Part shown: piece after piece, positions 50,712-62,313 of the stretch
How the letters are laid out: every line of letters begins with the position of its first letter
Position numbering within the stretch: position 1 is the first letter of the stretch
From: Moniliella sp. 'wahieum'
Lineage: Eukaryota
Reading direction: 5' to 3'
DNA length: 64,000 nucleotides
Assembly: GCA_003971905.1 (NCBI GenBank)
Contig: RSEE01000023.1
Location: 186,001-250,000, forward strand
The notes under the pieces: generated by a model
What the model was told of the DNA's origin: nothing
The model's input: only the letters and a program-made list of their open reading frames with translations
The model's database searches: none
Position numbers and translations under genes: made by a program

Positions 50712-52731
50712 TCAATATTCTCCCGAGACCGTAGAGGCATCATCGCGAGTGCTGCTGGCCTCGGACGAGGCCATGGCGGTCGACTCTTCGGTCGCTTCGG
50801 TTACCCGCCCCAAACTGTATGCTCGGGACCGAGGACGAGGCTGGTTTGAACCCCATTCGGGTACCTGGACAGCGGTCGAATGCGCTTGGGCCGACCTTTC
50901 CGCTTGCCAGGGCTGGGCCAAGAGAGTTTCAGGGTAATCTTCGTCCTGGGCTTCAGACTCGGTCAGGTCGTCTTCATCCTGCACTTCAAGTTGGCTCGAG
51001 GACATTTCACTTGTCCTGGTCACTGTTTCCCCATCGCTACTCGTCACCTCTTCCTCAGGTGGAGGAGACGGCGGCCGAACATGTGCGCGCAAACCTGTGG
51101 ACGGGGACGTCTTGCTGGTACGGGATTCACTTCGGCTGCTTCCCCCCGTCTCAATACTTGAGCTGAATCGACCTTGGCTTGAGCCAGTGCTTCTCATCAC
51201 CGAGTCGGACGAGAAGATGCACCTTCTTGGGTTATGGCCTTGAGCGTGTTGGATGACCACAGCGATACAAGCGCCCACAGGAAAAGTGCCACATTCAACT
51301 CTAGTCCCATAAATAGGGAGGTAAATACCAAAAAGGACAAGATGGGGTGGTAGTACAACAACCACCTGTCATAAAATGAAACGGAGGTAAGCATGTAACC
51401 CAGAGGAGAGACAAATGGAGGCGTGTACGTACCGAAGACCCGTAATGTGAGCGTCAAACCGGAGCACAGCACTTTGCGTTTGTAGTTCCCCACGAGACTG
51501 GCCCGAAGTGCCCAGCAACCCATCGGAGGAAGGCTGGAGATTGATTTGGATTGATTGGCGGGTGGAATCAAAGAGGTACGCGTCCGGCACCCCAGTCAGT
51601 AAGCCAGACGTGACCCGTAGCGAAGTAGGTGTTGTCCATTGAGACCGCTCTTTGCCTACATCACGGTGGCTCACAGTACCCGGGTCGAGAAATCCGAGGG
51701 GCCCATGCGAGGGTTGCAGCACCTTCCTTCGTAACAGGGGCACCGATATAATTTGTGTCGGGATGGACCACATTAAAGCTGTCACAGGCGAGGAACCTTG
51801 GGTACCGGAGCCACCACCGGCCAACCAAGTTAGCAGACCTGGCATTGAAGGCTGGTTCATGACCCGAGATAGGCTGGCCAAAGCCCTAACGGGAGCAGGT
51901 TCTTGCAAAATGATAGACTGAATGGGTTCACCCGTTAGCTGTTAATATACACATACGGAAAAGTACGTACTGGACGCGAAGCCCGCCAAACCGTAGACCC
52001 ATTTGCGTTGTACAGCTCAAGTGTGGTCATAAAGTTACCCAGACCGACATTGGAAGCAGTGACTGGGACGATGAGGTCAAGAGTCACGTCATAGGCTTGG
52101 TCGTCAAGGAAAAAGGCATGTTGACCATCGGGAAGTCATCGCTGTCTACGAATCGGCTGTGTTGTGATGTAATTCCCGGAACAAAGTGGAGATGAGCAAA
52201 CGGCGCCCTCCCCTCGCTTGACGAGCATGCCGTTAGTAGAAGCAGGCGACCAGCAGGCAAGATCACGTACCCGTATTGGAGCCATACCACCTTCTTGGAT
52301 CCCGCGTGAGGAGCCCAGACGCTTACAAAACCAACGTAGGCCAGGATGGCCATGAATAGGGCGGCCACATACAGGGGCCAAAACAAAAAGGCGGAGCACG
52401 AAACGATGCGTGCGGCGCGAGGTGATCATCCCGACAAAAGCGGCCCAGACGAACGCAAGCGGGGCCACAACCGCGGTTTGGAACACAATTCCAGGCCACA
52501 TTCGAACGGGGGGGACCGAAGCGTAGAGCGTTGCACCAGTCTGGATTGCCTCCAGTGCCCTAGCCTCAACTTCGGATGCCAACTGTGAGTAACGATCATC
52601 GCGTGCCGGCACTTGCGGTGCTCTAGGCGGCCGGACTCCTGCGGCCTCCCCGGGGGGTTGGAGGCGGGAGGTGCTTCCCCATTCGGGGGTGTGGGCTCTG
52701 GCGCCACGCCTGGGCGAGAGCGATGGGACAT
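50712..52731 (-). CDS. SEI1: Seipin (lipid droplet biogenesis factor, BSCL2/Fld1 family)
   Basis: TM1 ..MAILAYVGF..VWLQYG; DQAYDVTLDLIVP..NVGLGNFMTTLEL; SAVLRFDAHITGLR|WLLYYHPILSFLVFTSLF (TM2); acidic C-tail; several introns. Confidence 0.88.
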
Positions 52732-53609
52732 GGCGCGAGTGCGTGTGTCAGTGCGTGGGGGGCGGGGGCAAGTGGCGGTGGTGGTGGGCGGGGCAAGCGT
52801 GTGTGAATGGTGTGCATGTGAATGGGCAACAAGCATGAATCTGAGATCTTGGAGCTCTCCGCAACCCCCAGGCGCCGGCCATCCGGTCTCCTTTTTCAAT
52901 GTTGTTATTGTTACTTGCTCACAAGGAGGCCACCGGCCCACGGCCTGGCTTGGTTGCGGTAGGGTCACCACAGGTCGCCACCGATCGCCCATCATTGCAT
53001 CGTACACCCCTACATCAACCACATCCCCACGCAGTGGCCTCTCCTTTCTTTTTCAGAGAAGCCAGCAGCAGCAGAAAGAACCCATTTCTGCCACAATTCG
53101 GCGGCTATGCTCGTGTGACTCTGCCCGGTGTCTGCTCTTCCGCCATGGGTGTCCTACGAACTCACGCACACCTCCCCCATTTCGCGCCTCAAGCAGGAAG
53201 CAGAGGGCAGGTCTGCCTGATCTACTAGATTCCATCGCTCCATGTTACAACAAATGATGTACATGATTGAATGGGTACTGGGACCGTCTGCAGAAGGTCT
53301 GCGCAGCCGACCCACTTCAGGATAATAGACCTGTCGCTAAAGGGAAGAGAGCAAACAGACTACCTGAACGGATTCATTGTCGACAACGCCGAATTCGCCA
53401 ACAAACTCGCCAAGAGCAGTTTCGTTCGCGACATTAGCACCCACCCGAGGTTCTACGCGCAACTTGCAACCCTGTTCGGTCTGGTCGGCCATTCCCATCT
53501 CCACAGCAACTGGGGACTCGATTCTCAAGGTAGTCGCGCGTTTTGGATCTCTTGGTTGTACCCTTTTTGGTACCTTGCAACAAGTGGACCTTCTTTCATG
53601 AGGCAGAGA

Positions 53610-53993
53610 CTAACCCCTTCCATGGAGTTTGTCCGACCAACGCTCTGAGGTCCACTTCTTTTTACAGATGCGACTGGGACAGAGGAAGGCAAAGGGGGGT
53701 GAGGTTAGGAGTGGACGGCTACAAACGGAGAATGGGAAGAGCGCATACTAGTCTTCAAAGAAAATCATGCAGGCACTGCGATCACCTGGGTTGTATTCGA
53801 GGCACGCCTTGGACGCCCGCGCGGCTAGTTCGCATGGGTCGGAGCTGGTGAACTTGCCGGCAAAGACTTCCCGGTAGTCGAGGGGGGTCTGGCGCAGCTC
53901 GCGCGACCTTGGATCCGTGCTGAGATCAGCATGAGGCCTTCCGCGCGGAACGGGGATGGGGATGGGAGGCGCTTTGGACGGCGATTCGGTCAT
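53610..53993 (-). CDS. COX23: Twin CX9C mitochondrial IMS protein Cox23 (cytochrome c oxidase copper assembly)
   Basis: MTESPSK..DPCELAARASKACLEYNPGDRSACMIFFEDY|RICKKKW; intron ~53673-53748 (gtatgc..ctaac..cag on the - strand). Confidence 0.88.
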
Positions 53994-54138
53994 GGCGGTG
54001 GCGGTGGATGCCGATGGGAGGGAGGGCCCAAGCGCCGGTAGGCTTCTGATTACGGCTTCCGCATTATGTGCGTTGCGCCGCAGCCAGACGCTGGCGGCTG
54101 GGATTCGGTGCAAGTGTTGGAGCGGCCGGGGCGGCTGG

Positions 54139-54175
54139 GCTTGAAGCTTGAAGCTTGAAGCTTGAAGCGTTGAAA
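54139..54175. promoter_or_regulatory. (CTTGAAG)4 array in the ~290-bp divergent COX23/PPR promoter
   Basis: gcttgaagcttgaagcttgaagcttgaagcgttgaaaa. Confidence 0.5.
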
Positions 54176-54282
54176 ATGAAATGAAACGTGAACGATCACA
54201 CCGTCCTTTAATTTTTGCAAGCAAGAATTCTTCGCAGTACCCCCCCACCGCCGTTGCTACCACGAGTGGCGTCGACGAGAAG

Positions 54283-57200
54283 ATGCTGGGCATTGCTCTC
54301 CGTGCTGCCCGAAGTCGGCGCCTCGCAGTGGCTCCTGCTGCAGTTCGCCCACAGGGAATTGCCGCGTTCCATGCTTCGGCTGCGCTGGCCGAGAAGGCCC
54401 GCCTCTCCCGCCGCGGCTTCACCATCCCGGCCGCAGCAGCAGCCTCAGCTCAGCCGCGCTAAAATCACACCCGATCTCAACCTGCGCGTCCCCCCGTCCA
54501 AGAGAGAGAAGCGCGAGCGTGCCAGTCTCTCGGCACTGCGCGAGCACTACTCAATCGGCCTCGGAAAGCTGTTGGCCCCCGTTCTCGACTCGACCACTAC
54601 GCAAGGCGAGCGGCAGCGGGCTATGTTCCACGCAGCTTCCTTTTTACCAACTCGACCCCTCGTGTGGTCAAATTGTCCGACCCTGCGCTGTGGAACCAGA
54701 TGCTTACTGCACTGGTGGCTGTCGGAGAGCGGCGGCACCCGATGAAACTCTTTGCCGTCATGAAGCGTAACGGCATCTACCCCGACATGGCCACCTTCAC
54801 TTCTGTTTTTCGGTCCATGCGCCAGGAACTGCTACGCATCCGGCGCGCCAGCGCTCCTAGCAACCCAGAAAATGAAGATAACCTTCCGGTTCCTTCCCAC
54901 TCTGCTCCCAACTGGGAAAAGACATTGGATCAGCGAGGCCCCGATGCCCAGCAGTGGATGCCTTCGTCAATGATCATCCAGCACCAGTACTTTGTCGCCG
55001 CCTTGGAAAAGTTTCGCATCGCTGTGCTGGATTTTTATCGCATGTCTCGCGGAGAGACAGTCGCCTCGACGGGACTACCCTCACCAGTGCATTATGTGAA
55101 CCAGCGTCGCAGTACCGGAAACACAATGCTATGTTCAATGCCCCTCGGTCTCAACTGCAATATACCTACACTGATGACCCTTCCGATGCAGCCTATGAGG
55201 CTGCGGCTTCCCGCGTCTCGCGTCAATCCCACGATCGCTCCCGTGCCATGGCAAGGAACAAGACGTCCTCCCTTGGCCGGAGAGAAGCCGAGGGGCCCAA
55301 CTTTCTTCCTGGCAGAGGTCAGGACCGTGCTCTCCCTCTCCCAAGAATGGTCATCTCGTTTCTGTGAACTCAGACGAGACCCCGGATGATACCGAGCTGG
55401 CGGCGATGGACCCGGAATTCGAGGAGTACTCGGAAGAAATGGCGGCGGCCCAGCGTAGGTTGAACCGCAAAAAGGACGATCCAAGCACGCTCCCTGCCAC
55501 ATCGGTTCAAGCCCTGGTTGAGCGGCACCACAGCGAGCTGGACGAGGAGAGCCGTGGACATTTGACGCCATGGCAACGCATGTACTTGACCAAACGAAAA
55601 GCCTTGCTCCGCGCTGCGCACAATGGGACGAGTTGGCGACCTTACGCTTGGCCATCGGACTGGGATCGATGCTCGGGCGACCCAATCAAGCCTGGGCAAT
55701 GTACAGCAACATTTCCCTTCCCGGTGCTCGACGCGGACTTCCATGGCCTAGTGGTCTCATCTTTTACACTGTCCTGCGTCACTTGACTCCTGCCCCAAAC
55801 GAGGCGCGTGACCTTGCTCGAGCTGAACGCGCGGATCTTGCCGCCAAAGAGAAGAACCAAGGTCTGCGTCCGGACGAAATCATCTCCAACTTTGATCCCT
55901 ACGCTGCCCTGGGGCCCAATGCGCTGGACAAGAGCTTGACGGCCCACGATGCGGCGAGGGTCACTCTCGAAATGTGACGGGGGGATCGGGAGCCGGGCTA
56001 ACGCCTACGGGCCGACCGTTTGAGGCCGACTCGAGCGATGGGAAAGATGCTGCTGCAGTGGCGGCCAAAGCTTCGCGCTGTGGTGGAGGACTGGCTGACC
56101 GTCCTTTACAAAACGGCTCGCACGGTGGATCCACCCGAAAGTTCTCAATCAGTTTGGATGGACGCCCATGCTTTGAACCAAGTGGTGCATACTTTGACTC
56201 TGGTACGTTTCCCCTCCTCCTTTCTGATCCATCACGAGCTAACCTATTCTACATGCAGATGAATGACGAAAAGTCGGCCACTCTCGCGCTGCGCTTAGTG
56301 GCGGGCATGTTCAAGGTGTACGGCAACCTTCCTGTGCCTGTAAAGAAGAACCACAGCCAGCCACCAAGCCAGACCCAGTCTCTGTTTCAGAGCCCCCCTG
56401 TTCGAGAGGGGACCTGGGATGCGCTCGCGGCAGCCGGTTTGGTCGAGCCCCCTCGTTTGAGATGGATCAAGAGGAGCGTCTTTCCCCGCGCAGCAGTCAG
56501 GAAGAAAAAGCGGACAACCCTTGGCTCACACCAACGGATATGGCGAACAACGCAAGGCGGACCTGATGACCGAGGAGAGTGACTTCCCTGATGAGGTGGT
56601 GCGGGACCAAGACGCCAAGAAGTCGATCTTTGCCATGACAAGTGGCATGGAGCAACCGCCTTCACCGGCACAGAAGAGTCGTCACTTCCATATGATATGC
56701 CCGACCCAGATGAGGATAAGCCGTGGAAAAAGGGGCCGCGAAGGTACCAAAAGGGGTTCAAGAAGGGTGGGAAGCCCCGCTCTTTGGACCCATTGAAGCG
56801 GCGCGGCTACGTGCCCGAGGGCCAGGAGCTTGATCGCTTCCTTACGGGACCTCTCTTTGCTGAAAAGGGGGATACGTTACCTGTGTACACGCGGCGGAGT
56901 GAGTTACGGAGGAGCTGCGGAAACCCCAAACAAAGCTATGCTTCACCAGTTGCACACCAACATTATGGTCTGCAGCCACATTGTGGGTCGACCGGAGTTG
57001 TACTCCTGGTTGGCTGAACACATGGGTGCCGCCGCTCCCAAGACACCGGAAGTGGATCTGCATCGATGACGCGCGGTATGTCGTCGGCACGGAGAAGGAA
57101 GGTGGCGGCGAAGCTGCACAAATCCCCTTCGGTCGGCCGCCTACAATTCTGCCGTTCGACATGCGCCATCACCCTTTGGACGGACACGGCATCTGCGCAC

Positions 57201-57535
57201 CCCTCCTGCTCGCGATGGTCAATTGGTTGCCCCGGCTGGAACGAGTCGGGCGGGGAAAAGTCTCGGAACCGGCACAGGACCTTGGCCAGGCCCAGAGGGG
57301 TAAACTCCAGGGACGCCCTCTCGGCAAAGGCAGGCTGGGTCACACAAGTGGGGAGGACGAGCTCAAGTCGGAATTTGCTCGGTTCAGTCAAACCCAGGAG
57401 GGAGAACCAGAGGTATCGCCCGAGGACACGGCCTGGTCGACGCAACGCACCTGGGGTGTTGACTCTTCTTCGCAGTCTTCGCGAAACTCGTTCCCTGGCC
57501 CAGCCAAGTTTGCCCCGTCCAGGCGTCGTTCTTGA
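54283..57535 (+). CDS. Mitochondrial pentatricopeptide-repeat-containing protein; heavily frameshifted
   Basis: Presequence MLGIALRAARSRRLA..AAFHASAA; PPR motif LWNQMLTALVAVGERRHPMKLFAVMKRNGIYPDMATFTSVFRSM; further helical repeat-like segments downstream. Confidence 0.7.
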
Positions 57536-57862
57536 TCTGGACTGGAGTACCTGCCTGCCACCACTCGTGTGTCTTCTCATGTACGCCACTCATTGCACTT
57601 TTGGCATCCCAAAGACGATGGTCTCTTCACTATTCATCTGCACCCACTACGGTTTAGTTTTAAATGGTGGCGGAGAGGACGATGCAGCCAGTTAACAAAT
57701 GAAGCAAGACAGTAGAAGGTAGAGGGCCAAGGTAGATGACATGGGGGCTGCACTTCATCAGGAACGATGGGCTAGGCGCCGAGAAAGCGACAATAAGATG
57801 CGCCCATCAAGTGTCATTCGACAAGGACGAGGGGGGCATGGAAGGTGACAGATCTTGACCTT

Positions 57863-58342
57863 TTAGTTGGAGCAGTCGCATCCCTGGCCCGTGGGGCAGT
57901 CACCAGGGATGGTCGCCATGGCCGAGTTCGTAGTGCAATCGCAGCCCTGGCCGGTAGGGCAGTCACCAGGTACGAAGGAAGGCCGAGAGAAGGAGGCAAT
58001 GCCACGCGCATACAGCGCCGACGAAACAGGGGCCTTGACACTGGGACGAGAGGCAAACAGCCCCGTCTGGCGACCAAAGGAAAGACCGACCGTTGGAGCA
58101 GCCGCAGCCCGAACCCGTGGGGCAGTCGCCCGGCACGGTCGACGGCCGTGCCGAGTTGCTCGAAGAGCAATCACAGCCCTGGCCCGTGGGGCAGTCGCCC
58201 GCCTTGGCGAAAGCGCGTGCAGAGGCACTAAAGGTGCGCACCGTGGTCATTGCCATGGTACGGGATGTGCAGGAGCAGCCGCTGCCAGTGGGGCACTCGG
58301 TGAGGCAGTGCGGAGCGCAGGTCGGAGCGTGGCAAGCATCAT
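57863..58342 (-). CDS. Small Cys-rich repeat protein, five CPTGxGCxC units (metallothionein-like), with a presequence-like N-terminus
   Basis: Repaired reading: MMLATLRPALRTA-LTECPTGSGCSC-TSRTMAMTTVRTFSASARAFAKA-GDCPTGQGCDC-SSSNSARPSTVP-GDCPTGSGCGC-SN..KAPVSSALYARGIASFSRPSFVP-GDCPTGQGCDC-TTNSAMATIP-GDCPTGQGCDC-SN*. It needs frame changes near 58303 and near 58090 (the latter may be a ~50-nt gtcggt..cccag intron plus an indel). Confidence 0.75.
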
Positions 58343-59237
58343 GATGTTGGCGTGGGTGAAGCAGGAAAGTAGCGGAGTGGTGGGTTGGGGTTGTAGTGTG
58401 GTGGGAGAAAGCGAGACTTGGGAGGCGAAGCGCAGAAAAGGGGAGAAATACGGGTGGCGACACTTGGTGGCCCGCCGGGGTCCAAGATCCAATCGATGGT
58501 GTGCCGCTGATATCAGATGTCGATGTCAGCGATGCTGAAGATACGATCACACTGCCCCCGTGCCAGCGTAAAATGAAATTGCATGGGACAAGCAATAGTT
58601 GCCGATGGTGTGATGCCGACTTGGTTTTTTTCCAGGTGCCGGCCCAGCCACCCCGCCAACCAAAATCCTACGGTCCAGGCCCTGCGGCCGCGAGCGCGAA
58701 CGCTAACGTGTGAACGCCGGGAGCAAAGAGCCGGCTGACAATAGAAGCCCGTTGGCCACCGCAACCCAATCACCGGCCGACGGTCTTACTCTGAACAAGG
58801 AGGGAAGCGGGGGAGTATGCAGCTAGTTCGCCACGCCGGGCCCAGGTCACACAGATTTGTGACTCTTTTATGTCGAAAAAAGCTGTAAAACGATATGCCT
58901 CGATGGATTGTGTGTGTTTGTGATTGTCACCCACCATATCAGGGGAAAGAAGAACACAGTCGTCGGGATGGGACAAATAGAGTCAAAAGTGAATGCAGCT
59001 GAAGAAGAGATCTTGTGTCCATCTCAAGGGGAAAAGTATACAACAGGAATAAAAAAGGAACGACAAGGCGGGAAAGATATCAAGCTCACCAAACCTTGAT
59101 ATGACGGCATGGCGCCTACCTCCACGCGAAAGGCGGTGTGCGCGCGGTACGAATGATAGTGGAAAAATGCAGCGCGAGACCAGGTAATACCAGCAGCGAA
59201 GAGACTCTTGACAGAGAGACCTCTAGCCCCCCCCCGC

Positions 59238-60420
59238 TTATTGTCGAAAGACATGTATGACACCGTTAAGCCAAGGCTTAGCTTGGGGACTCAATGTGGG
59301 ACTGAGGGCAAACCAATCGCTCTCTGAAGAGAGAGCGCCTGAACGCGGAGTGGACCGGCCCGAAACAAGTTCAGCCTCATCCGCAGACTGTAGGGCCTCT
59401 GATGCGGGCAAGTTCAATGCTGTGGGGGACTGGGTGGGGTCATGTCGCTCCATGCAACCGAATCCGCCATGCCGACGGAGGGGGACACATTTTGGGAAGG
59501 AGTACTCAAATGGCGGGATGCATGATCATACCCGTCATCCGAGGAGTTCACCGTCGCTTCGCTGCGGCTTTGAGTCAGGATTGGGTGCTGAGCACCAGCT
59601 CCCTCCAAGGGTGCAGCAGACACCAAGCTGGCGTCTGAGATAACCGATTCGGAGCCCAGAAAGGTTACCGCGTTGTCCGACGGAGACAGGATCGGATCCG
59701 TCAATGAGTGGCGAGGGGACGAACCCGACTCCGCAGCAGCCACAATGGGCTCCTCCGCCCCGGCACTGGCCGAAAATTCTTGATCAACAGCATCTAGTTC
59801 CGCATGCATAGCAGACGTCCAAGCGTCAGCGCCATTGCCATCGCCTGTACCGTTCCCATGGCGGCGACTTGGTGCAGTTCCCTGAAGCAAATTGACGCCC
59901 GAAGCATGAGCAGTCGTGCGCGAGGCCATAATAGTTGTGGCTCCTTCAGCCGGGGACAGGTCGGACGCAGGAATGATAAACGGATTGCGGGGAAGAGGCG
60001 GGGGTGGAGGTCCGCGAACATGAGGTGGGAGAGGAGGAGGGGAGGACCACGATCCCACAAAGCATTCGGAGAAGAGGGCAAGGGAGGCGACCCGTGAGGT
60101 TTCATTGGCAGCGGTGGGGGAGCAGGTTCGTCCTTGTCATGTTCCGAGTCTGTGTCGTCGGCGTCAAATAGGGTGCGTCCAGCGTCCCCATAGACGTCCG
60201 TGGGGACATCCCATGGCTGGGGATGGGGTGGAGGAGGGGGCCGGCGCTGGCGCATTTCGTATCCCGCGGAAACACCAGATTCGTAGGCCATCTGCAGCGC
60301 TCGTTCGCGGGCGCGGCGTTCGCGCTCAGGGCGAAGGATAAAGATGTCCACGGCGATCGCAGCTGCTGCGCCACCGGCCACACCAGCGAGGATGGCGAGG
60401 GAGATGGGGACAGGAAGCAT
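59238..60420 (-). CDS. Uncharacterised protein with N-terminal membrane anchor and disordered Pro/Ser-rich body
   Basis: MLPVPISLAILAGVAGGAAAAIAVDIFILRPERERRARE.., continued by ORFs 59414-60058 and 59238-59453. Confidence 0.6.
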
Positions 60421-60903
60421 CCGGTTGAAAGGAGCGGGAGGAGGGCCGGGGAGGTGGGGGGGAGATGAAGGGGCTGTGAAGAGGCGGGCTGAGTGGACAG
60501 TGGCAAATGGGGGTGGCTGGGCCACCGAGTTATTACCACTTTTTACGCTGCTGCGGAGCCTGAGCGCACAGCCGGAGTCCGCAGAGGCTGAGTACTTGCG
60601 TCGCCAATCGATAACTGATCATCGATCATGGATCTCGATAACAAGCTCTTTCAACTTTCAAGCCGCAAGCCAGAGCAGCCAGGAGGCTCCCCGGCATCGC
60701 AGCACTGTACCGCATGCACTTTGCCCCCTGCATCCGCGCCTCCCAGCAGCGCATGGTACTCGACGTGACTAGCGCTGAGGTAAGCGGGCGGTCACATGAT
60801 GTGATGCATGCGCCCCCCGTCCCGACCCCCCCAGCGGCACGCGTCGTGTCCACGCCAAGCATCCCCAGCGCGTCGGCACAGACCCACGCCTCCCCCCCCG
60901 CCG

Positions 60904-62177
60904 ATGGACGTGCCGCTACATCTCGCGCCCGGCGTGGCTGCACGCGTACGCGCTGCCGCCGAGAAGCAGGCCGCCACCCGCTTTGCCCGTGCCTCTGCCG
61001 CCGCCACACCCCCAGCCGCCACGGTGGTCAAAGACGAGCCTGCCTCGCCCCCCGCCTCGGCCCCCGCCGACACGACAGCCGCCGCCGATGCCACCGCGAA
61101 CATCCTTGCCCGCGAGGCAGCCAGGCCTGAGCGACCATCTGATCTGGACGACCAATCCCTCGTCTGTCTCCCGCGCGAGGTGCGAGAACTAAATGACCTG
61201 GAAGAGGCTCAGGTGACAAGGTGCGTACCGTGTCCCGTCCGCCTTGGCTCTTACTTTTCTCTTGCTGTCTCCCTTATACTCACCCGCTCTGTGTCGGGCA
61301 GGACTATGCCCAAATTCAATCCGAAATCCAAGCCGCCACCTCCTGGCTCCCGGCCTCCGGGCCAGAACGCGACCTAGTCCTGGCCTTGCTCGAGGCGGCC
61401 GAGGCGGAAGCGACGGTGGAGCAGCTGAACCAACGCGCTACCCAAGCCGGTGATCCTGAACCAACCTCTACCAAGGACGACCTGAAAGGAACGGCGATTG
61501 GAGGTGGTTGGGGCACGGCAGGTGCGCGCCATGTTCTGGCCCTGGACAGGCTGGGCAACGTGGTGCAGTCCTTGCGCGATGCGTCGGCAGAGCTAACGCA
61601 GCAAGTCAAGGTCGCTGAGCAACGCTTGAGTCGCGCCCAAGAACTGCATGTTGGACTAACCCAAGTAGCTGAAGGGCTGCAACAACGGCAGACTTTCTTG
61701 GCCCGCAAGCAAGCTCCACCTCTGGACGCTAAAGCGCAACGAGCGTATGTATCAAATTCCCACTACTACTTTTCTTCCTTGGGGGACCATGGCTGACTCG
61801 GTTTTCCCTCTGCACAGGAGGCTCAAGAAACTCATTGCGTCCGCCGAGGAGGAGAATGGAATGTTGGTTCAAGGCGTGATGACGGTGACCAAGGTCATGT
61901 TTGCTAAAAATGAAGCACGTTTACGGGTACAACTGCAAACGTTGCTGGAGGTACGTCGGGTCTGTGGATTTACGTCTGGGGTTAGTGTACTGACACCTAG
62001 CTAGTTCCTGATGAACTTGGCTTTTGAGCGTCCCACCGATCCTTACCTCACAGTGGGAGGGACTCGACAAGTCGAAGAGCATTTCCCCAAACCCTTAGTT
62101 CTTTCTTGCTCCGCGCCGGCATCGCTGTCCCTCATCCTCGCGATGCGCGTCGCATTCGTCTTGCTAGATTTGTCTAG
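60904..62177 (+). CDS. CENPK: Inner kinetochore CCAN subunit CENP-K (Sim4/Mcm22)-like
   Basis: Coiled-coil middle; C-terminus LMNLAFERPTDPYL....FLLRAGIAVPHPRDARRIRL matches the CENP-K DPY..LLRxGIAxxHPxDxxRIRL motif; introns near 61221-61281, 61745-61818 and 61951-62005. Confidence 0.8.
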
Positions 62178-62313
62178 TTTCATTCAGATACTAATCGATC
62201 GTATTGGAATCTGAGCCGGCTGGGCTAGACAAGGAGGGGGCGGCAGTGCCCTGGAATGTGAAGCAGAAAGATATGCATAGTGGGCAAGTTCATCTCAAGC
62301 CCATGGGCTGGGC

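Noticed and set aside
53040..53310. RNase P/MRP-like short motifs
   Set aside because: The candidate conserved regions are partial and not in the required order; a call cannot be supported without a covariance search.
57863..58342. Cys-repeat protein as a fungal RiPP (dikaritin/KEP) precursor
   Set aside because: There is no secretory signal peptide, no KR/RR Kex2 sites flank the repeats, and no DUF3328 or other tailoring genes are nearby.
57845..58538. + strand ORFs with QSQPWPVGQSPG repeats
   Set aside because: They are the antisense of the Cys-repeat gene; nucleotide variation between repeats is synonymous in the - strand Cys frame.
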